DNA of 64,000 nucleotides from Candidatus Multivoradales bacterium (GTDB lineage: Bacteria; Acidobacteriota; Thermoanaerobaculia; Multivoradales; JAHEKO01). The stretch lies in contig CBDCVR010000013.1 in assembly GCA_965223155.1 (NCBI GenBank), forward strand, positions 384,001 to 448,000, given 5' to 3'. This document shows, one piece after another, positions 57,526 to 64,000 of the stretch. A program made the translations under genes and the position numbers. Within the stretch, counting starts at the first letter, position 1. Each line of letters starts with the position of its first letter. A model generated the notes under the pieces. The model saw only the letters and a list, made by a program, of their open reading frames with translations. It did no database searches and had not been told where the DNA came from.

Positions 57526-59190
57526 TCACGCCATGGGGAGATCGACGCCGTGAGTACGGGCCCATTCCCGGGCCTTGTCGTAGCCGGCGTCGGCATGACG
57601 CACGATGCCCATGCCTGGATCACCGGTCAGAACCCGCTCCAGCCGGGCCTCGGCCGCCGGAGTCCCGTCGCACACCACCACCATGCCCGCGTGCAAGGAA
57701 TACCCGATACCGACGCCACCGCCGTGGTGGACGGAAACCCAGGTGGCGCCGTTGACCGCGTTCAGGAGGGCGTTCAGCACCGGCCAGTCGGCGATGGCGT
57801 CGGATCCGTCCTTCATGGCCTCGGTCTCGCGGTTGGGCGAAGCCACCGAGCCGCAGTCCAGGTGATCCCGACCGATCACGATTGGCGCCTTGACCCGGCC
57901 CGTGGCGACCAGATCGTTGAAGGCCTTCCCCGCTCGCGCTCGCTCGCCGTAGCCCAGCCAGCAGATGCGCGACGGCAGGCCTTGAAAGGCCACTCGCTCG
58001 CGGGCCATCGTGATCCAGCGCTCGAGGGCGCGATCTTCGGGAAAGAGCTCCAGAATCACCTCATCGGTCGCGGCTAGATCGGCTTCGTCCCCCGAGAGCA
58101 CGGCCCACCGAAAGGGTCCCTTGCCCTCGCAGAACAGCGGCCGCATGAACAGAGGCACGAAGCCCTGGAAGCCGAAGGCGTTCTCGACACCGGCCTCCAG
58201 TGCCTGCCCACGCAGATTGTTGCCATAGTCGAAGGTGACGGCACCCCGTGCCTGGAGCTCCAGCATCGCCCGCACATGAGCCGCCATCGAAGCCATCGAG
58301 AGCCGGATGTACTCCTCGGGGTCGCCTTCCCGCAAGGCGAGGGCTTGGCCATAGTCGAGACCGTGAGGCACGTACCCGGTCAGAGCGTCGTGAGCCGACG
58401 TCTGATCGGTCACCACCTCGGGCACGATGTTGGCGTCCAGTAGGGCCTTGAGCAGATCCACGGCGTTGGCTTCGACCCCGATCGAGACCGCCTCGCCGGC
58501 CTCCCGAGCCGCCAGCGCCCGAGCAATGGCCGCGTCCAGATCGGTGCCGCTCTCGTCCAGGTAGCGGGTCTCGAGGCGCCGGGCGATGCGGTGGGGATCC
58601 ACTTCGGCCACCAGCGCCACGCCCTCGTTCATGGTTACAGCCAGTGGCTGGGCTCCACCCATGCCGCCCAGGCCCGCGGTCACGGTAAGGGTCCCCTTGA
58701 GAGATCCGCCGAAGTGCTGGCGCGCGCACTCGGCCAGGGTCTCGTAGGTCCCTTGTAGGATGCCCTGGGTGCCGATGTAGATCCAGGAGCCGGCCGTCAT
58801 CTGGCCGAACATCGTCAGTCCCAAGCCTTCCAGCCGCCGGAACTCGTCGGCGGTCGCCCAGTGCGGCACCAAGAGGGAGTTGGCGATCAGGACCCGGGGC
58901 GCGTCCTCATGGGTGCGAAAGATGCCGACGGGCTTGCCCGATTGGACCAGCAGGGTCTCGTCGGCCTCGAGCCGCTTGAGGCTGGCGGTGATGGCCTCAT
59001 AACAGTCCCAGTTCCGGGCAGCTTTGCCCGAGCCGCCGTACACCACCAGCTCCTCGGGAATCTCCGCGACCTCGGGGTCGAGGTTGTTCATCAGCATCCT
59101 GAGCGCGGCCTCTTGGAGCCAGCCCTTGCACTGGAGCTCGGTTCCACGAGGGGCGCGGATGGTATGGGGTTCGGCCGGGGAATCGGTCAT
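57526..59190 (-). CDS. hutU: Urocanate hydratase
   Basis: [51 protein letters not shown]. Confidence 0.98.
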   Translation of the reverse strand: MTDSPAEPHTIRAPRGTELQCKGWLQEAALRMLMNNLDPEVAEIPEELVVYGGSGKAARNWDCYEAITASLKRLEADETLLVQSGKPVGIFRTHEDAPRVLIANSLLVPHWATADEFRRLEGLGLTMFGQMTAGSWIYIGTQGILQGTYETLAECARQHFGGSLKGTLTVTAGLGGMGGAQPLAVTMNEGVALVAEVDPHRIARRLETRYLDESGTDLDAAIARALAAREAGEAVSIGVEANAVDLLKALLDANIVPEVVTDQTSAHDALTGYVPHGLDYGQALALREGDPEEYIRLSMASMAAHVRAMLELQARGAVTFDYGNNLRGQALEAGVENAFGFQGFVPLFMRPLFCEGKGPFRWAVLSGDEADLAATDEVILELFPEDRALERWITMARERVAFQGLPSRICWLGYGERARAGKAFNDLVATGRVKAPIVIGRDHLDCGSVASPNRETEAMKDGSDAIADWPVLNALLNAVNGATWVSVHHGGGVGIGYSLHAGMVVVCDGTPAAEARLERVLTGDPGMGIVRHADAGYDKAREWARTHGVDLPMA

Positions 59191-59268
59191 AGGTCTCGCG
59201 TTGCCTCCACAAGCGATTCTAGCCTGCCTCCCGGCTGGATCACCGGGCGTTGCTCCGCGGCACCGTGC

Positions 59269-60792
59269 TTACTCGAGCGGTGGCAGAAGCTCGTCAAGAT
59301 CGCGCCGCAGGCACTGACGGGCCTGCTCGATGTCGTTGGCCATCACCCGGTCCTCGCGCCATCTTCCTACCCGTTTCCGGAGCGCGCCGTGAAGCGCTTC
59401 GAGCGGATCGCTCGAGCGCAACGGCCGCACCAGGTCGATGCCTTGTCCGGCGGCCAGGAGCTCGATTGCCAGGACGGTCTCGACGTTGCGGAATACGGGT
59501 TCCAGGCGGAGCGCCGCGCCCATTCCCATCGAGACGTGGTCCTCCTTGCCCGCCGAGGTCGGGATCGAGTCCACCGAGGCCGGATGGCACAAGCTCTTGG
59601 TCTCGCTCACCAGGGCTGCCGCGGTCACGTGGGCGATCATGAATCCGGAGTTGAGGCCGGAATCTTCGACCAGGAACGCCGGCAAGCCGGAGAATCTGGG
59701 ATCGGTCAACTTCTCGATCCGCCGTTCGCTGAGCGAACCTAGCTCGGCCACGGCCACCGCCAGCGCATCGGCCGCGAAGGCCATGGGCTCGCCATGGAAA
59801 TTCCCGCCCGAGAGCACCTCCGCAGTCCCGTCCGAACTCTCGAAGACAAGGGGATTGTCGGTGACCGCGTTCATCTCGATGGCGAGCTTGCGCTCGACGT
59901 CGGCCAGTACGTCCCGCACCGCGCCGTGGACCTGCGGCATGCAGCGGAAGCTGTAGGCGTCCTGGACGCGGTCATCGTCGTGACGGTGGGATTCGCGAAT
60001 CTCGGAACCGCTCAGCAGGCGGCGCAAGTTGGCCGCGCTCGCGATCTGCCCGGGATGTGGACGCAGAGCATGAATGCGCTCGTCGAAGGCCGTGTCGGTG
60101 CCGCGGATGGCATCCGTCGCCAAGGCACCGATGAGATCCGCCAGCCTCACAAGCCGGCGGGCGCCCAAAGCCGCCAGCGCTACCAGGGCGGTCATGGCCT
60201 GGGTGCCGTTGATCAGGGCCAGGCCCTCCTTGGCCTCGAGAGCCAGAGGCTCGAGACCGGCTTCCGCCAGGGCGTCCCCCGCCGGCACGCGCTCGCCTCC
60301 CCGCTCGACCTCGCCCTCCCCGATGAGCGGCAGCGCCAGGTGCGCCAGGGGCGCCAGATCGCCCGAGGCGCCGACCGAGCCCCGCCCGGGCACGACCGGC
60401 AAGAGATCCCGGCTGAGCAATTCCAGGAGGCGATCGACGACCTCGGGCCGCGCCCCGGAGTGCCCACGCGCCAGGGTGTTGGCTCGCAGCAGCAGCATGC
60501 CCCGAACCGCGGGCGCCGGCAGCGGATCGCCGGTGCCGGCGGCGTGGCTTACGAGCAGCCGGCGCTGCAACTCGCCAAGCCGTTCGGGCGCGATCCGGGT
60601 GTCGGCGAGGAGTCCGAAGCCGGTGTTGACGCCGTACACGGCGTCACCCTCGGCCGCCCGCGTTTCGAGCGCGCGCCGCCCGGCCGCCATCGCGGTCCGG
60701 GCCTCCCGGGTCAGCCGAACCCTTCGGCCACCTGCGGCGATCTCCCCGAAGGCGTCGAGCGTGAGCCCGCCGCCCGACAGCTCTAGAGTCAA
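59269..60792 (-). CDS. hutH: Histidine ammonia-lyase
   Basis: YGVNTGFG, GSVGASGDLAPL (MIO), KEGLALING, QDAYSFRC, SGGNFHG, EDHVSMG. Confidence 0.96.
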   Translation of the reverse strand: MTLELSGGGLTLDAFGEIAAGGRRVRLTREARTAMAAGRRALETRAAEGDAVYGVNTGFGLLADTRIAPERLGELQRRLLVSHAAGTGDPLPAPAVRGMLLLRANTLARGHSGARPEVVDRLLELLSRDLLPVVPGRGSVGASGDLAPLAHLALPLIGEGEVERGGERVPAGDALAEAGLEPLALEAKEGLALINGTQAMTALVALAALGARRLVRLADLIGALATDAIRGTDTAFDERIHALRPHPGQIASAANLRRLLSGSEIRESHRHDDDRVQDAYSFRCMPQVHGAVRDVLADVERKLAIEMNAVTDNPLVFESSDGTAEVLSGGNFHGEPMAFAADALAVAVAELGSLSERRIEKLTDPRFSGLPAFLVEDSGLNSGFMIAHVTAAALVSETKSLCHPASVDSIPTSAGKEDHVSMGMGAALRLEPVFRNVETVLAIELLAAGQGIDLVRPLRSSDPLEALHGALRKRVGRWREDRVMANDIEQARQCLRRDLDELLPPLE

Positions 60793-60810
60793 CGTTCCCG
60801 AGCGGCCTCG

Positions 60811-61428
60811 CTAGTCGCCCAAGTCGAAATCCACCTCGGGCGCGGTCTCCGCTCCCGGCTGCGAGGCAAAGTAGGACTTGGCTTCGAACGGCCAGCCCAG
60901 CGTCTTGATGAACCAGCTCGTCGGAACCCGGCGAATCCGGGTATTGAACGCCCGGGCGACCTCGTTGAAGCGATTCCGCTCGACCGAGATGCGGTTCTCG
61001 GTGCCCTCGAGCTGGACCATCAGGTCCTGGAAGGCGGCCACCGCCCGCAGCTCGGGATAGCGCTCGACGACCAGCAGCAGCCGGCTCAAGGCCGAGGACA
61101 GGCCGTCCTGGGCCTGCTGGAACCGGGCGAAGGCTTCCGGGCTGTTCAGGAGATCCGGGTTGGCCTCGAGGCCCACGCGGGTCGCCTGGGATCTCGCCTC
61201 GACCACCTGGGTCAGCGTCTCCTGCTCGAACTCGGCGGCGCCCTCGACGCTCGCAACCAGATTCGGGATCAGATCGGCCCGGCGCTGGTAGGCGGTCTCG
61301 ACCTGCGCCCAAGCCGTCGTCACGGCTTCGTCTTCGGCCACGAGGCGGTTGTACTCGCCGAAAACCCAGAAGGCGACGACGCCCCCGAGCAGCAAGAGAA
61401 CGACGAGGCAGCCAGCGATAAATTTCAT
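60811..61428 (-). CDS. lemA: LemA family protein
   Basis: YNRLV, W..VE..YQRRADLIPNLV, ERYPELRA, LEGTENRISVER. Confidence 0.95.
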   Translation of the reverse strand: MKFIAGCLVVLLLLGGVVAFWVFGEYNRLVAEDEAVTTAWAQVETAYQRRADLIPNLVASVEGAAEFEQETLTQVVEARSQATRVGLEANPDLLNSPEAFARFQQAQDGLSSALSRLLLVVERYPELRAVAAFQDLMVQLEGTENRISVERNRFNEVARAFNTRIRRVPTSWFIKTLGWPFEAKSYFASQPGAETAPEVDFDLGD

Positions 61429-61631
61429 GCTTCGAACCCTCCTTCTCGACCTTCCGAACCGTTGGGCGCCCTCGGCCCATGAAGGCGAGCGCCCGACGCG
61501 ATCTTACCCCGAGCCGGGATGATTTCTTGTCCACCGAGACCCCAGGCCAGGAATCGAGACCGAATCGATGGCGGCCTGAACGCTGCGACCCGTCAGATTT
61601 CGGCCCTCGCTGCCGTCTCTCATCACGAGAG

Positions 61632-63158
61632 ATGTTCGCGCGCGTGACATCGGCAACGCCCTGGGGGATCGAGGCACGAGAGGTGGCGGTCGAGATCGAC
61701 GCTCACAACGGCCTGCCCCAGGTTCAGATCGTGGGCCTGCCCGACGCAGCGGTGCGCGAGAGTCGGGAACGGGTCCGAACCGCGCTCCGCAATTGCGGCT
61801 TCACCCTGCCGCCCCGCTCGATCGTGGTGAACCTGGCTCCGGCCGACATCCGCAAGGCCGGCAACCATCTGGACCTGGCGATCGCGCTCGGCCTGCTCGC
61901 GGCGTTCGAGCAAGTCCCCCGGGAGACCCTCGTCGGCCGGCTCTTCTGCGGGGAGCTCGGCCTAGACGGTACGGTCCGGCCGATACGAGGCGGGCTCGCC
62001 ATCGCCGATCTGGCCCACCGGCTTGGATGCCGCGAGCTCCTCGTTCCAGAGGCTAACGGACCGGAGGCGGCGGCTCTCGGACGGGTTCCAGTCCTCCCGA
62101 TCTCGAGTCTCCGCGGCGCAGTCGAGCACCTCCTTGAAGTCACCCCGGTCAGCCCGGTCGAGCCCTTCGCCACCGGTCTCGAGACCGGACCGAAGGCGGC
62201 GAGCGACCTGGCCGAGGTGCGGGGTCAAGAGACCGCCAAGCGCTGCCTCGAGATCGCGGCCGGCGGCGGCCACAACCTCCTCTTTCTGGGACCGCCGGGG
62301 GCGGGCAAGACCATGCTCGCGCGCTGCCTCCCTGGCTTGCTTCCGGCATTGACTCCGAGCGAAGCCGCCGAGCTCACCAAGGTGGTTTCCCGGGTCGCCG
62401 CCGAGCCTCCGAGCGGCCTGGTATGCGAGCGACCCTTTCGGAGTCCACACACCGGCATCTCCACCGCCGCTCTCATCGGCGGCGGAACCGTTCCGCGCCC
62501 TGGCGAAGTGAGTCTCGCCCACACCGGGGTGCTCTTCCTGGACGAGCTCCCCGAGTTCCGGCGCGACGCTCTCGAATCGCTGCGTCAACCTCTGGAAGAC
62601 GGGCACGTCTGGGTAGTTCGGACCCAAGGGAGATTCCGGTTCCCGGCCCGCTTCGCGCTTCTGGCGGCGATGAATCCGTGCCCGTGCGGTCACCACGGCG
62701 ATCCCAAGCACGAGTGCTCCTGCTCCCCGCTCCAGATCGAGAACTACCGGCGCCGGGTCTCGGGACCGCTCTTGGATCGCATTGATCTCCACGTCGAGGT
62801 CCCAGCTCTCGAGCTCCAGCACCTTCGGGGGCCGGCAGGTGAATCCAGCGCCGTTGTTCGGGACCGGATCCGACACGCGCGCGAGCTTCAGGGCAAGCGC
62901 CTGGGAGAGACTCTCGCGGTCCCGGCCAACGCGGCCATGGGGCCTCGCGAGATCCGGCGCCACTGCCGCCTCTCCGGCGAGGCTCGGACCCTCCTCGACG
63001 ACGCCTTCGAGCGCCTGGGGCTCTCAGCCCGTGCCTACAGCCGCGTCCTCAAGGTCTCCCGCACCATCGCCGACCTGGCCGGCGGCGACACCATCGGACC
63101 CGCCCACGTCGCCGAAGCCATCCAGTACCGCAGCCTGGACCGGCGGCTGGTCTCCTAG
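61632..63158 (+). CDS. comM: ComM/YifB Mg-chelatase-like AAA+ ATPase
   Basis: IVGLPD..VRESRER, NLAPAD, GELGLDG, GPPGAGKT, LFLDELPEF, AMNPCPCG, SGPLLDRID. Confidence 0.95.
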   Translation: MFARVTSATPWGIEAREVAVEIDAHNGLPQVQIVGLPDAAVRESRERVRTALRNCGFTLPPRSIVVNLAPADIRKAGNHLDLAIALGLLAAFEQVPRETLVGRLFCGELGLDGTVRPIRGGLAIADLAHRLGCRELLVPEANGPEAAALGRVPVLPISSLRGAVEHLLEVTPVSPVEPFATGLETGPKAASDLAEVRGQETAKRCLEIAAGGGHNLLFLGPPGAGKTMLARCLPGLLPALTPSEAAELTKVVSRVAAEPPSGLVCERPFRSPHTGISTAALIGGGTVPRPGEVSLAHTGVLFLDELPEFRRDALESLRQPLEDGHVWVVRTQGRFRFPARFALLAAMNPCPCGHHGDPKHECSCSPLQIENYRRRVSGPLLDRIDLHVEVPALELQHLRGPAGESSAVVRDRIRHARELQGKRLGETLAVPANAAMGPREIRRHCRLSGEARTLLDDAFERLGLSARAYSRVLKVSRTIADLAGGDTIGPAHVAEAIQYRSLDRRLVS

Positions 63159-63340
63159 GGTCCTCTTCCGGTCTCCCACGGGGCCAAGACCAGTGCTGAA
63201 TACATCGAGCCACCTGGGTAGGACCTGAAGGGCCTCCGCCGTCGTCTTCGAGACTGCGCTACTTCGCCCGGGTTCTTGAAGCGCAAGAGGGATCGAGGAC
63301 TAGACTTCTTCGCTCTCCGGCAAGTCCCGAGTTCGTCGCA

Positions 63341-64000
63341 CTAGTCTCCAAATCCGAGCCATTCGTGCACGTACTCGGGACCTTCGAATTTTCTCCTGTA
63401 CACCACCTTCTCCAGGCCAGTAGACCAGTCCCTGACTTCAATAATGAAGCCGTCAGCCTTTCCCTTTCGATTCGACGTCATGTTGATGAATCCCGACTTG
63501 CAGCGGTTGAAGCCAGTCTGTGGACATGCCATCCCCGAACAGGGTCTTAGCTCGTCGAAAATCGATGGATACTTTCGGATCTTGCCTTTCGAGTCGCGTC
63601 GAAAGGAGATGGCGAAGGGCTCGACGGTCTGATCCAGGCCGTTGCACACGCGAAGCTTGACGAATATGTCGCTGATGCCGAACTTCGAATTCAGCTCGAC
63701 ATCGTCGAGTTTGACCCTTCCGGGTTCGGTTATCGCCTGCTCGGCCACGCCAACCCTAACCGCAACGAGATCGCTCTCTGAGCCCTGTGAGTTCGCGAGG
63801 AGAGTCTTCGGGTATTGCCTCAACGAAACCGTGGCGCGAACGCGATCGCCAGCTCGAAACTCGATCGGAGCCCCGCGGCACGTAAGGAACGCGAATTTTC
63901 GGCGATTGTGGACAATTCGGCGCCGCTCGCTGGAGCCGTCCGCATGCCGAACCTCGATGGCGGCGATCGCTTTGCCCCGTCTCGCGGACTTGCACTCCGC
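63341..64000 (-). CDS. Hypothetical protein, 5' end beyond the window
   Basis: I translated the frame of ORF 63341..63823 upward and found no stop up to base 64000; visibly lower GC than neighbours; no recognised motif. Confidence 0.55.
   Translation of the reverse strand, partial: AECKSARRGKAIAAIEVRHADGSSERRRIVHNRRKFAFLTCRGAPIEFRAGDRVRATVSLRQYPKTLLANSQGSESDLVAVRVGVAEQAITEPGRVKLDDVELNSKFGISDIFVKLRVCNGLDQTVEPFAISFRRDSKGKIRKYPSIFDELRPCSGMACPQTGFNRCKSGFINMTSNRKGKADGFIIEVRDWSTGLEKVVYRRKFEGPEYVHEWLGFGD

Noticed and set aside
61632-63158. Island insertion in comM (a known hotspot)
   Set aside because: comM is intact from the N-terminal motifs to the stop.
1-64000. CRISPR array, integrase or transposase
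   Set aside because: No regularly spaced repeats and no recombinase/transposase motifs seen in the sequence or ORF track.

Overview
GC-rich bacterial chromosome segment; gene content (FecR-DUF6600, LemA, large NtrY-like kinase, cohesin-like lipoprotein) suggests Acidobacteriota, which is inference only. The main feature is a ~22.8 kb minus-strand operon (24195->1414) of 14 abutting or overlapping genes, all with N-terminal signal-peptide-like sequences. It has three parts: (i) two putative binding/Ig-like proteins; (ii) seven paralogs of one uncharacterised beta-rich family (YYLP..PRL...P.F motif), one fused to a triple aromatic repeat; (iii) five paralogs sharing a ~130-aa N-terminal domain with an invariant C-x10-C-x11-C-x18-C pattern but different C-termini (HEXXH zincin, TIM-barrel glycoside hydrolase-like, possible degenerate nuclease, helical domain). 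I interpret this as a candidate secreted, multi-subunit delivery complex with interchangeable cargo. The rest holds a WG-repeat gene broken by one TGA, a FIST plus PAS-GGDEF-EAL pair, tRNA-Leu(UAA) with a displaced 3' duplicate (att remnant), accessory genes including BrnTA, tRNA-Cys, two tRNA-Gly, and housekeeping genes (yraN, cysS with an apparent CTG start, def, lspA, rluD, bactofilin, glutaminyl cyclase, OPT, zinc protease, hutU, hutH, lemA, comM). All family assignments come from reading motifs; no searches were run.
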